Assembly (NCBI GenBank): GCA_947570175.1
Contig: CANOTJ010000002.1
Location: forward strand, 33,346 to 97,345
Length of the DNA stretch: 64,000 nucleotides
Origin: an uncultured Mycoplasmatota bacterium
GTDB lineage: Bacteria; Bacillota_I; Bacilli_A; RF39; UBA660
Direction: 5' to 3'
Under the pieces are notes generated by a model, which was not told where the DNA came from, did not search any database, and worked only from the letters and a program-made list of their open reading frames with translations. The translations under genes and the position numbers were made by a program. Shown here one piece after another: positions 1-10,003 of this stretch; position 1 is the first letter of the stretch, and every line of letters begins with the position of its first letter.

Positions 1-2243
1 TACTTTTAAAAGCCCCTGTCCTGCTCCAACATTAGTAATATAATTCATTTGCAAGTCTGATATATTAAGTAGTTTTGCAAGTTCTACTCTATCGGTACTT
101 GCTTGATTAAGCATTACAATAAACTCACTATTCGCTAACATTGTTCTAGCAGTATGGCTTTGTAAAAGGTCATCTACATTTTGGGTAATACCAGTAGCAT
201 AAGCACCATACTTACGAACTCTTTTCCATAAAGTAAATAGGAAGTTTGCTGAATATTCGTGTTGAAATAAAAGATAGATTTCATCAATAAAAATAAAGGT
301 ATTTCTACCTTTAGCCCTATTCATTGTTATTCTATTTAAAATATTATCAAGCACAACTAACATTCCGATAGGTTGTAGTTGTTTTCCTAAATCTAAAATG
401 TCATAACATATTAACCTACTATTTGTATCAACATTCGTTTGTTTAGCGAAAGTATTTAAACTACCATCTGTAAATAATTCAATAGCAAGTGCTATCTCTT
501 TTGCTTCTGGCTCTGTTTGTTTTAATAGTTCTTCTCTAAAATCTTGTAAAGTTGGTGGTGTTCCCTGATAGTTGCCTTGCTGATAATGTCTATATACTTG
601 AGCAGTACACCTATCAATTATTGATTTTTGTTTTGGTCCGAGATTATTTCCTCCTATCAACTGTTCACACAAAGATAAAATAAACTCTGACTTCAAAATA
701 ACAGGGTTTGCTCCATCTCCATATTCACTATTCATATCCATAGCATTTATATGATTATCACTCGTTGCTGATATATGGATTACTTCTCCCCCTAATGCTT
801 TAACAAGCCTACTTTCTTCTCGTTCTGGGTCAACTACAATTACATCTGCATTTGGATCACGAAGTATAACTGACACTATTTCATTTTTAGCAGTAAATGA
901 CTTACCAGAGCCACTAACTCCAAGAATAAAACTATTTCCATTTAGAAGTTGTCGCCTATCTGCTATAATCATATTTTTGCTTATAACATTTTGACCGTAG
1001 TAAATACCGTTCTCGTGATTTATCTCTTGCACCCTAAAAGGAATAAAAACACCTAGACTTTCGGTCGTAAGTGTTCTTAAAGTATCTATTTTTCTAACTC
1101 CGTGTGGCATAGCAGTATTAAGTCCGTCCATTTGCTGAAATTTTAGAATTGCGAATTGACAAAGGTGTTTTCTAGCCGTTGTAAGTAAACTCTCTGTATC
1201 ATTATCAAGTTGCTCTTTTGTATCTGCCGTATGCACCATTGTAAGAACTGATAAAAACATTCTTTGGTCACGAGTAGTTAAATCATCTAAAAACTCTTTG
1301 CTTTCATTTCTCTGTTGTTCTAGGTCATAAGGTATAACAGCACTAAAGTTTTGATTTGCATTTTGTCTGCGTTGCCAATTCGTGATATTTGTTTCTACAC
1401 CAAGTCGCCTATTTTCTACTTCTCGTACTGCTTCATCCATAGCGATAGGCACTACATCAATAGACATCATAATATTTCTATTAAGGTCTGTTAGTTCTGC
1501 TACCATAGTATCTTTAATATAACTAGCATATTCTTTTAAGAACAATACTCTACCATAGCGATTTCCCATTTTAAAATAGTCTTTTTCAAATTCTATTGAA
1601 TCTGGACATACATAATCTTTGAAACTATGTCCTTTTTTCATATTCGATAACATATCAAAATTGAAACAAGTTTCTTCTCCTACTCTATAAAAGTCGTGAC
1701 ATATACGAAGTCTATCAACTGCGTCTAGTTCGATACACTTTGAGCCTAATTGTGAGAAGTGATTACTTAAATCTGCTCCGATACGAGCAAAGTAATTTCT
1801 TGCTTCTTCGATATTCTTTTTATTAACTGAAACAGTAATAAATTTTTCTTGTATAATTCCATTTGCTCCAGTTGCTTGATCTAAAAGCATTTTATTATAT
1901 TCTTTTCTATATTCATCAAGACTATCTTCATTCATAGGAAGTAATATAGTCTTTTCAAAATCCACTTTATTTAATCTACGATTAGATATAGTGATTTTAG
2001 TAGTTGCTCCACAGTCAAAACTATTTAATAGTTCTGAATATTCCAAAAACATTGCTTCTTTATCACTACGACTTGCTACTGCATAATTTATATCTGTAAA
2101 TCTAAATGTTTTAGAGTATTTATTCTTGCCAACTAAAAAGACACCATCTTCCCAGATTCGTTGAACTGGTATGGTGTCCTGTACTCCTTTAGGAGCAACA
2201 AACTTTTCTTTATCATTTTTAAATAACATTTTTAGGGTTTTCA
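1..2243 (-). CDS. VirB4/TrsE-like conjugative type IV secretion ATPase (N-terminal about 747 aa; C-terminus lies beyond the window start)
   Basis: Minus-strand ORF starting at ATG 2243 with RBS AGGGGGTG; translation MKTLKMLFKNDKEKF..., Walker A 'LGVSGSGKSFTAKNE'; family layout of Tn916 Orf16 / PrgJ-type ATPases; the ORF track shows no stop before position 1. Confidence 0.85.
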
Positions 2244-2504
2244 TTATCTGCACCCCCTATCATCTTTTTTAGTAGAAATTCTTTCTACTTCCTCTACATC
2301 ATATTTATTGATAGGATAAGTTGTTCCCTCACTATCACGAGCAATATATTCTAACTCATCAAATACGAGTGCTTTCCAATCGTTTTTATGAACTTCTTTC
2401 CCATCAAGTTCATTCATTAGTTTCATTACTTCATCATCTACTTTATCAAGTAAATTCTCTTTTTCTAGTCTTTTTAACATTAACTCTTTTCTAAAAACTA
2501 ACAT
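2244..2504 (-). CDS. Small hypothetical protein of the conjugation module (86 aa)
   Basis: ORF track; sits between the prgI-like and virB4-like genes and is translationally coupled to them. Confidence 0.5.
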   Translation of the reverse strand: MLVFRKELMLKRLEKENLLDKVDDEVMKLMNELDGKEVHKNDWKALVFDELEYIARDSEGTTYPINKYDVEEVERISTKKDDRGCR

Positions 2505-2848
2505 TGTTTTCCTCCTTTTTCGATTTCATCTTTTAATAATTCATAATAAAAATTAGTGGGCTTGAAAGCTAATTGTTTAGGCACTAAAAACTCTGATTTT
2601 AACCAAGCCCATATAAACTTCTCGGCTGTCATACCATTGTAAGTAAGAAAGCCTAGTGCTGCAAATGGCGAAGCACCCAAAATGCACACCCAAGAAAGTG
2701 TTTCTATTCCGAATTTGCCCTTTAATAAGAAGTAAAGTAAAACTGCTACTCCACAAGCAAAGACAGAAAAAATGAACTGTCTTAAAGACAGTCCAAAGAA
2801 TATACTTTCGGTATAATTTCTAATCTCTCGATTTATTTTAACTTCCAC
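2498..2848 (-). CDS. PrgI/VirB3-like small membrane protein of a Gram-positive T4SS
   Basis: 116 aa, two predicted TM helices (FIFSVFACGVAVLLYFLL; ILGASPFAALGFLTY), positioned immediately upstream of virB4 as in PrgI-family genes. Confidence 0.65.
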   Translation of the reverse strand: MEVKINREIRNYTESIFFGLSLRQFIFSVFACGVAVLLYFLLKGKFGIETLSWVCILGASPFAALGFLTYNGMTAEKFIWAWLKSEFLVPKQLAFKPTNFYYELLKDEIEKGGKQC

Positions 2849-2851
2849 TTA

Positions 2852-3166
2852 TTATCTGCTCCTTTCTTGTTTTTTTAACTTTTTTTCTTGTTCTTTTTTA
2901 TCTTTTTCTTCATCATAGATATACTCACATAATTCTTTTGTATCTAACTTTGCCATATCTCTAGCAATTTTTAAAGAATCTAAAGCATAGCCATTTGTAA
3001 TGCCACTCCTAGAATCATCATTATCTTTAATATTATCTTGTAAGTTTTGATAATAAACATCATCTTGCAAATTTTCTCTACCATTTCGTAGCAAATATTC
3101 TAATGCCAATGCACATTGAAACGGATCTTGCCCTTTTATGATTTCCTCATATTTTTTCATAAACAA
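2852..3166 (-). CDS. Hypothetical protein (104 aa)
   Basis: ORF track; in the conjugation operon. Confidence 0.45.
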   Translation of the reverse strand: MFMKKYEEIIKGQDPFQCALALEYLLRNGRENLQDDVYYQNLQDNIKDNDDSRSGITNGYALDSLKIARDMAKLDTKELCEYIYDEEKDKKEQEKKLKKQERSR

Positions 3167-3616
3167 TTACCTTTCCCTTTCTTTGTTTTTGAATTTCATA
3201 TTGTGAGTATCGTAGAAAGAAGATACATATTTTGAAATATCTTCTTTTACCATTATACTCTCTTTACTTGCTAATTCTTTGTCACTTTCTGTTTTAGAAG
3301 ATAAAGATTTCATAAAAGCCTTATCTTCCTTATCTTTTAATTCTCTAAAACCTTTATCTTCCCATAATAAATTAGCAATATAATTTAATTTTTGTAATAT
3401 CTTATTACTACCACTTAATATTTCGATATTTCCTGTCATAAGTCCATTGGTAATAAACCATTTTTCAAAGTCAATTTGTCCTAGTTCCTTATATCTTCTC
3501 GTTAAACCTATATTTTCTTCACTATAATAATCTTTTGGGTAAACATTATTGCTACATTGTCTTGTATAGACTTTTCCATCTTTGTAAGTCATACTTTTAA
3601 AAAGTTCTCTACTCAT
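3167..3616 (-). CDS. Hypothetical protein (149 aa)
   Basis: ORF track; in the conjugation operon. Confidence 0.45.
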   Translation of the reverse strand: MSRELFKSMTYKDGKVYTRQCSNNVYPKDYYSEENIGLTRRYKELGQIDFEKWFITNGLMTGNIEILSGSNKILQKLNYIANLLWEDKGFRELKDKEDKAFMKSLSSKTESDKELASKESIMVKEDISKYVSSFYDTHNMKFKNKERER

Positions 3617-3622
3617 AGTTGC

Positions 3623-4801
3623 CTACCTTTCTTCTCTATCGTGAAAGGCAAGATTACCACCGTTTATTACCTTTTCGTATGCTTTTTCTCCAGAATTTTT
3701 ATCATAATAATATCTGCCATACCCCCAAGACAAATTATTTTTTTCTTTATCAATGGTATAATTAAAAGCAACAATATACTCTTTTCGATTCATACTAGGA
3801 ACATCTTTCTCTACTAATGCAATAGCCTCATCTTTTCTAAATCCTGTTTCAAGTATTTTTAAGTTACCATTATAATTTTTTTCTTCAAAGCCTATAGTTT
3901 CTTTATATTCATTCTCTATTCTTTCTTTATTATTAGATAGCCATTCTTGTAGCATTTCATAACTAGAACGATTAAAATTAGAATATTCTTTTGAATCTAA
4001 AAATTGATTTGCAACGTAATCACAGAAATCATAATTAGTATCACATTCTAAAACCCCATATTTATTTATCATATCGTGTAATAAGTCATATCCTAAAACA
4101 AAAGTAAAATATGCCTTTTCGCTTTCTAAATCTGTCTTATCAATATATACTTCATCAATATATTCCTTTATATTTTGTTTTAATCCAACAGTATTTAAAG
4201 ATACATTTTCTGCATAATTTCCATCTATATAGTCCTGTTGGCTTTTATAAATTGTGACTAGATTTTCTTTTGGGTTATCATAATTAGTTTCATCTGCTTC
4301 AATAACATAACCTTTATAAGTCATAGTTTCTTGAAATGCTAATCCATCAAAATATTTCATTATATTTGGTGTATCAAGATTTGTTTTTTCATCTAAATAT
4401 TCTTTAGTAATTCCATTATTTGCACAAAATTGTAAGTACCATTGCACTCCATCTTTATTGTTTATATCTTCTGGATATAGTTCTTCGATAGAAGTCCATA
4501 TATTATAATGAGTTTCAGCAGTGATATATCCAATTTGATACACACTTTCTAAATCTTTAAATAAATAATTATCAAAACTATAATCCCATTCTGGTACTTT
4601 AGCATAACCCGTTTTCATTTCTTTAGTAAATGGTGTAAATTCTACTATTTTATCTACTCCATTACTAATAATACTTGTAGTGTCATTAGTATCTGGATTT
4701 ATCAAAATATAATCTATTTTTGTTCCAAATAGTTCTTCACCTTCTTTTATCGAGTTTTCTATATTATTTTTAATAAAATTTATAACATCTTCTGTTGGCA
4801 T
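3623..4801 (-). CDS. Hypothetical ICE protein (392 aa), acidic, no TM segments
   Basis: ORF track; contiguous and translationally coupled with neighbouring conjugation genes. Confidence 0.5.
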   Translation of the reverse strand: MPTEDVINFIKNNIENSIKEGEELFGTKIDYILINPDTNDTTSIISNGVDKIVEFTPFTKEMKTGYAKVPEWDYSFDNYLFKDLESVYQIGYITAETHYNIWTSIEELYPEDINNKDGVQWYLQFCANNGITKEYLDEKTNLDTPNIMKYFDGLAFQETMTYKGYVIEADETNYDNPKENLVTIYKSQQDYIDGNYAENVSLNTVGLKQNIKEYIDEVYIDKTDLESEKAYFTFVLGYDLLHDMINKYGVLECDTNYDFCDYVANQFLDSKEYSNFNRSSYEMLQEWLSNNKERIENEYKETIGFEEKNYNGNLKILETGFRKDEAIALVEKDVPSMNRKEYIVAFNYTIDKEKNNLSWGYGRYYYDKNSGEKAYEKVINGGNLAFHDREER

Positions 4802-5097
4802 TATCTCGCCTCCTTATCTTTGTTTCTATTATTTTTTAACAAATCTTCTATTTTATCAACTGCCTTATTTTTTGAAACAAAAGTATTATAATCTACAAAA
4901 TCATTCGGATATTTATCGCCAAGTTTTATCTCTTTATTAGTTATCATTGAGCCTATTCTATTTACACAAACGCTTTTTTCAATGGAGGCAATATCATTAC
5001 CAAAATCACTATCTCGTAAATCATAACAATAAAGTCCTTTACTTTCATATTCTTTTCTTTCTTCATTACTCAAAATATGAGTTACTAAATATTTCAT
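4801..5097 (-). CDS. Hypothetical protein (98 aa)
   Basis: ORF track. Confidence 0.45.
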   Translation of the reverse strand: MKYLVTHILSNEERKEYESKGLYCYDLRDSDFGNDIASIEKSVCVNRIGSMITNKEIKLGDKYPNDFVDYNTFVSKNKAVDKIEDLLKNNRNKDKEAR

Positions 5098-5111
5098 AAA
5101 TCATCACTCTC

Positions 5112-5948
5112 CTATAATCCCATCATTTCTCGCACTACACGATCGGCTAGTTTTATTGTTCCGACTAACACTAACATATTGAAAATCAACTCGCCTATAT
5201 ACTTCCAAACTTGAGTAACGGCTGCTGCGTTTGCATCCACAACTGGTGGGCTAGAAGCAAATAGTGAGAATATGATACAAGCAAGAACAATAATTGCTCC
5301 CTCTAGGCATACAGAACAATATGATTTTAAGAAACTCTTTCCAACATTTTGTACTGGCTCTCCGGCAAATGTGCTTAAAGGTATCGGAGCAATAGCAGTA
5401 TATAAATACAATTTAAAGAATCTACCATACACAGTCATTATCATTATAAAAGACAAGACTGTTATAAATAATCCACCTATCAAAGTGACAGCCCATAATG
5501 GAATTGACTCGAAAAAGCCACAACTTTCTATTGCATTTATAATCCCCTGTGGAAGTGTTGTTTGTGTTGCTCCACCAAGTCCTGCTGCTGTCATAATTGT
5601 TGATATTGCACCCTGTACTATCTTAAATATAGATAACATTAAATTAAGTCCATAGGTAACAACTATCTTTGCTATGGCAAATCTAATAAATAATTTTAGT
5701 GCGTGTTCTGGCTTCTTTACTTCTGCAAATGAGCCACAAGTTTTCATTACACCTACAACAAAAAATAACACTAAAAGTGCTAAACCTATTGCTTGTAATG
5801 CTCCGTGAATATTAACAATAACATTCCAAATTGTGCCACCCTTAAATTGTTCTGGCGACTGTGTAATAAGTCCCCATATTTCCGATAACTTACTATTCCA
5901 AGTTTCCAAAGCATTCTGTAAATTTTGTACTACCCAATTTCCAGACAT
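5112..5948 (-). CDS. VirB6/TrbL-like polytopic membrane protein of the T4SS
   Basis: 278 aa with at least 5 hydrophobic helices and glycine-rich TM segments; positioned between the Maff2-like and virB4 genes. Confidence 0.6.
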   Translation of the reverse strand: MSGNWVVQNLQNALETWNSKLSEIWGLITQSPEQFKGGTIWNVIVNIHGALQAIGLALLVLFFVVGVMKTCGSFAEVKKPEHALKLFIRFAIAKIVVTYGLNLMLSIFKIVQGAISTIMTAAGLGGATQTTLPQGIINAIESCGFFESIPLWAVTLIGGLFITVLSFIMIMTVYGRFFKLYLYTAIAPIPLSTFAGEPVQNVGKSFLKSYCSVCLEGAIIVLACIIFSLFASSPPVVDANAAAVTQVWKYIGELIFNMLVLVGTIKLADRVVREMMGL

Positions 5949-6017
5949 TTAATGCACCTCCTTATAAATAAAATTAGGGAGTAAGATTTTCTCTTACCCC
6001 TCTGCTTCTTCAACATC

Positions 6018-6350
6018 TTAACTACCTGTAATCATATTTAGGATTTCTTTTGCAAAAGTAATGATAATACCACCTGCAACAGTCAAGAAACCATTTGCTC
6101 TTTGGCTAGGGTCGTGACTCTTTAATGCAAGACCCACTTGCACAATTCCCCAACCTAGTAAAATCATACCGATAGCACGAATCAAACCAAATATAAAGTT
6201 TGATAAATTGTTTACTACTGCTAAAGGATCATCTGCTGCAAAAACTGTCATACTTGTTCCAATAGTTAGTGCAAATGCACATACTCCTAAAGCATATACT
6301 TTAAATAACTTCTTTCCTTTTTTTCCTAATTTTAATTTATTATTTTTCAT
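6018..6350 (-). CDS. Maff2-family / VirB2-like small membrane protein (candidate pilin-like subunit)
   Basis: 110 aa; K-rich N-terminus, signal-like segment ending 'VFAADDP', then two TM helices; typical of Maff2 proteins next to the coupling protein in Clostridial ICEs. Confidence 0.6.
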   Translation of the reverse strand: MKNNKLKLGKKGKKLFKVYALGVCAFALTIGTSMTVFAADDPLAVVNNLSNFIFGLIRAIGMILLGWGIVQVGLALKSHDPSQRANGFLTVAGGIIITFAKEILNMITGS

Positions 6351-8157
6351 TTTTCCTATTCTCCTTTTCCTTAAAATATTCTTCTATCTCCTCTGAAGAT
6401 AAAAGTTCATAATCTCCATCAATTTCTTCTATTTCTGTAATTGGCATATTAGGTACACCATCTAAAATTGAAATTGAGGCTACTGCATTTTCTGTTCCAC
6501 CGTGAATATATGGCTTTTCTTTCCCATCTGTGGTCTTTGCTACATTAGGGTGTTTTAAAATGTCATACTTAAAGTCCATTATAGGTCTTTCGCCCCTTAT
6601 GAATAACAAAGCGTAACGATTATCTAAAAGCCTTACTTCATCTGGTGTTAAGAGTTCTCTACCACTAATTTGATAGTTAGTAGAATAATTACCAGAATGA
6701 CCGGTACTCTTACCGTGTGTATCTAAATCTATCGTTTCTTTTCCGAGCAACTCACTAACATACTTGTGTGTACTTTGCTCGTTTCCACCAAGATATAGAA
6801 ATTCATCACAGTTACCAACAATACTCTCCCATTGTTTCTCGAATAAAGCCTTTAACTGGGCTAGATTTTGTAAAATAATGCTTACTGATACTTCTCTACT
6901 TCGCATTACTGAAAGAATCTTGTCGAAGTCATCTGGTAAAGATACATTGGCGAACTCGTCCATTACAAAATGGACGTGTACTGGTAAACTTCCACCGTAC
7001 TTATGGTCTGCCAAAAAAAACAACTGCTGAAACAGTTGCGTATATAAAATGCTTACAAGAAAATTAAAACTTGTATCATTGTCGGGTATAAGTGCAAATA
7101 ATGCCACTTTCTTTTCTCCTAGTGATGGTAAATCTAATTCATCTACCATTGTAAGAGAAGCCAAACTTTCCAAGTTAAACTTTTCTAGTCTTGAAGCAAG
7201 TGTAATTTGTATTGATTTTAGTGTTTTAGCCGAGCCACTTCTATAATCACGATAATACTTGACTGCAATGTGTTCTGGCTCTCTACTTTCTAACTTGTTA
7301 AATAAGACATCTAACGGGCTTAAATAACTATCATCATCTTCGTGTACTTCCCCTGCTCGAAGTAACTCCATAACCATAGGGAAATTTTGTTCTTCCTCTG
7401 GTGCTTCATACTTCAAATAAAACACAAGTGCCAAAAGTAGCATACTTGCAGCCGTGTCCCAGAATGGGTCATTACTAGATGAGCCTTTCGGTGTTGTTGC
7501 CTTAAACAAGTTTGTCACAAGTTTTTGAACATCATTGTCTGATTTTAAGTAAACAAACGGATTATAACAATGACTTTTTTCCATATTGATTAAGTCTAGC
7601 ACCTTTACTTCATACCCAGACTTTTCTAATAGGTGTCCTAAATCTCTGACTATCTCGCCTTTCGGATCAAGAACAACAAAAGAAGTATTCGTCTGCATAA
7701 TATTAGGCTTACAATAAAATCTTGTTTTTCCTGCTCCACTACCACCACAGACCAAAACATTCAAATTTCTTCGGTGTTTTTTACCATTTAATCCTAGTCC
7801 TACATTTTGTGTTAAGATTTTGTTATTTGATATAGGCATTTGCTTATACTTTTTATTTACTTCTCTTGCAATACCCCACTTTGCAGAGCCGTGTTCTTCA
7901 CGCCTACGATAGTTCTTTTGGCTAGATAGGTAAATACTAATTCCCATAATATATGCTAATATGAAAATTAGTATTGTTCTTACACTATCACTACACCAAG
8001 ACAAATGAAAAGGCTCATTTATTGCATTAGGAAATTCTTTTATAATTAAAGAAAGTCCACCACTTACATAGGGAGCAATTAAAAGAGCCAACCATATTGT
8101 AGGAATAATACCAAGTATAGAAAGCCATTTTACTGTTCTAGCAGTATCTTCTTTCAT
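6340..8157 (-). CDS. Type IV coupling protein (VirD4/TraG/TcpA family ATPase)
   Basis: 605 aa; two N-terminal TM helices; Walker A 'VLVCGGSGAGKTR'; Walker B-like 'FVMDEF'; adjacent to the relaxase region. Confidence 0.85.
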   Translation of the reverse strand: MKEDTARTVKWLSILGIIPTIWLALLIAPYVSGGLSLIIKEFPNAINEPFHLSWCSDSVRTILIFILAYIMGISIYLSSQKNYRRREEHGSAKWGIAREVNKKYKQMPISNNKILTQNVGLGLNGKKHRRNLNVLVCGGSGAGKTRFYCKPNIMQTNTSFVVLDPKGEIVRDLGHLLEKSGYEVKVLDLINMEKSHCYNPFVYLKSDNDVQKLVTNLFKATTPKGSSSNDPFWDTAASMLLLALVFYLKYEAPEEEQNFPMVMELLRAGEVHEDDDSYLSPLDVLFNKLESREPEHIAVKYYRDYRSGSAKTLKSIQITLASRLEKFNLESLASLTMVDELDLPSLGEKKVALFALIPDNDTSFNFLVSILYTQLFQQLFFLADHKYGGSLPVHVHFVMDEFANVSLPDDFDKILSVMRSREVSVSIILQNLAQLKALFEKQWESIVGNCDEFLYLGGNEQSTHKYVSELLGKETIDLDTHGKSTGHSGNYSTNYQISGRELLTPDEVRLLDNRYALLFIRGERPIMDFKYDILKHPNVAKTTDGKEKPYIHGGTENAVASISILDGVPNMPITEIEEIDGDYELLSSEEIEEYFKEKENRKNEK

Positions 8158-8341
8158 CTTTCGCTAAACGCTTTACAAACGGTCTTTTTTTTTCTGGGGT
8201 TTCAAAGATTTTCATAAGTAAGTCATCAACTAATTCTGTATCTTCATTATTTCTTATTAGTTCATTTCTTTTATCGTTAAGTGCATTAACAATAATACCT
8301 TTTTCATATTCTTTTAACTCTAATATAATAGTATCTTTCAC
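8138..8341 (-). CDS. Small hypothetical protein (67 aa)
   Basis: ORF track; overlaps the start of the coupling protein gene. Confidence 0.4.
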   Translation of the reverse strand: MKDTIILELKEYEKGIIVNALNDKRNELIRNNEDTELVDDLLMKIFETPEKKRPFVKRLAKDERRYC

Positions 8342-8353
8342 TTTGTATTCCTC

Positions 8354-9232
8354 CTATCTTTCATAGGCTTTATTCTTTTGTTCTTTAGCCATTTTTTCAA
8401 AACAAGTATTCATTCTACTATTCATATCTTCCATAGCACCTCTAATATCGCCAAGCATATTTTTAACTTCGCTTGATTCCATATCTTTTAGTGATTCTGG
8501 AAGATTATCAAAGTTATATGATGAAACATCAATACCGTGTTTCTTACATATTAAGTAAGAAGCACAATAACTTTTAAAATTATCTAGTTCTTGATTACCA
8601 CTTTCTTCTAGTCCAACTTTTGCTAGTTCCACAGATAAAGCATTGAATATAGCAGGTGCTTCAAGTCCTTTGCGAATATATAGTACATTATCTTCCTTAT
8701 TCCACTCTGCTCCTACTCCATCTGGTAATTCTTTATTCCCAGAAACATCAACAGGACATTCATACAAAAATGCTTTTAATAAATCTCTGTCATTATAGTT
8801 TCTAGTATTTTCTCTAGGCTTTGCGTTAGTTTGTGAAATATCAAGCATTCTTTTTGGATTATAGAAAGTTCTCGTTTTTCCACTTTCTTTATCGTAACTT
8901 TCGCTAGGTTCTAGTATTTTTATAAAGACTGGATTCTTATGCACAAATGCTCCTGCTTTTCTCCAGTCATCATACTCTTTTATTTGAGTAGCATTTGGCA
9001 TTTGAGCAGAAATTAAAAGAGCATTATTAACAGAGTAAACATTAAATATTGCTTGAGTATCAAGATATTGTTTAAATTTTACTGGATCTGTTCTAACTTC
9101 TTCAGCAGTTTTATCTGCCAAATCATATAACTCTTGTCTTTCTACTTGTTTTTTCTTTGCCCATTCATCTTTATTGAAAGGCATATTACTTTGTTCTTGT
9201 TTATTAGAACTTATAATATCATCAAAATTCAT
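8354..9232 (-). CDS. Hypothetical ICE protein (292 aa); possibly ssDNA-binding or anti-restriction-like, which I cannot confirm
   Basis: ORF track; position between DUF3801-like and coupling protein genes. Confidence 0.45.
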   Translation of the reverse strand: MNFDDIISSNKQEQSNMPFNKDEWAKKKQVERQELYDLADKTAEEVRTDPVKFKQYLDTQAIFNVYSVNNALLISAQMPNATQIKEYDDWRKAGAFVHKNPVFIKILEPSESYDKESGKTRTFYNPKRMLDISQTNAKPRENTRNYNDRDLLKAFLYECPVDVSGNKELPDGVGAEWNKEDNVLYIRKGLEAPAIFNALSVELAKVGLEESGNQELDNFKSYCASYLICKKHGIDVSSYNFDNLPESLKDMESSEVKNMLGDIRGAMEDMNSRMNTCFEKMAKEQKNKAYER

Positions 9233-9235
9233 TTT

Positions 9236-10003
9236 CTATTTCCCTCTTTCTTTAGATTTTTTCTTTTTGTTTTTAGGTTGCTCGTGTTTCGTTTCTTTGT
9301 TTGAAACATCTTTTTTCAAATCAGATTTTTCTAATTCTGCTTTTTGTTTCTGTTCTTCTTTGATATTTTTAATTTCTTCTCTTACAGATGGCTTTTTATC
9401 AGAATTAGTACCCACCTCTGTTTTGTTTTTGCTCGTTGATGAATGCTCGGACTGAGGGCTTTTTGCAGTCTTTGCTAACTCCGGGTTTGACATTGTATTT
9501 TCTTCCTTTTGAACTGGCTTTGACATTAAATCATCTACCAAGTCATCAAGGCTCTTTGTTTCAACACCTTTGTCATTTGCTTCTTTGCCATCACGGGATT
9601 TCATAATTTCGCTCTTAATAGAGGCTTCATCATAAGTAACTAACTTGAATCTATTAACAATTCTATTGATTTTAGCAGCGTCTTCTGCTCTACACATAAT
9701 ATCTACTTTGCCATCTGGATTTTTCTTATCAAATAGTGCAGTAAATAAAACACCATATCTTTTGGCTTCTTTTTGGAACAGTTCTAAATCTTCTTTTCTA
9801 ATAGTAAAGATTTTTAACTCTTTTCCAGACTTTAACATTTTATTTAATGTTGTTTTGCCTTTAGACTTCTTTTGGTCTTTTGATAAAGCATAAAGTCCTG
9901 CGATACAATTTTTAGTTAATGATCCTCCAGTTTTTAATAAAAACTCTGTACCCTCTAAATACATTTTGAAAATTGTTTCAGCAGCGTCACCTGATGTGTT
10001 CAT
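9236..10003 (-). CDS. DUF3801/PcfB-like protein of conjugative elements, with a K/E-rich low-complexity C-terminus
   Basis: 255 aa; N-terminal about 150 aa conserved-looking, tail KEEQKQKAELEKSDLKK...; the location between relaxase and T4CP matches PcfB-type genes. Confidence 0.5.
   Translation of the reverse strand: MNTSGDAAETIFKMYLEGTEFLLKTGGSLTKNCIAGLYALSKDQKKSKGKTTLNKMLKSGKELKIFTIRKEDLELFQKEAKRYGVLFTALFDKKNPDGKVDIMCRAEDAAKINRIVNRFKLVTYDEASIKSEIMKSRDGKEANDKGVETKSLDDLVDDLMSKPVQKEENTMSNPELAKTAKSPQSEHSSTSKNKTEVGTNSDKKPSVREEIKNIKEEQKQKAELEKSDLKKDVSNKETKHEQPKNKKKKSKERGK

Noticed and set aside
3557-3817. Plus-strand ORFs from the six-frame track (3557..3817, 5272..5655, 6208..6396, 6764..7030, 7049..7246, 9174..9455, 9645..9893, 9973..10170, 11103..11300, 15472..15723, 17437..17685, 18225..18479, 23011..25113 group, 26246..27157 group, 31819..32025, 32274..32477, 35004..35350, 35815..36000, 45875..46180, 52838..53029, 54096..54308, 55815..56078, 60296..60478)
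   Set aside because: All lie antisense inside longer, motif-supported minus-strand genes; low-complexity or Cys/Phe/Leu-rich translations typical of AT-rich antisense frames; no RBS support
8354-9232. Calling the 292-aa protein an ArdC-like anti-restriction protein
   Set aside because: I could not identify the ArdC-N signature motifs in the translation; left as hypothetical
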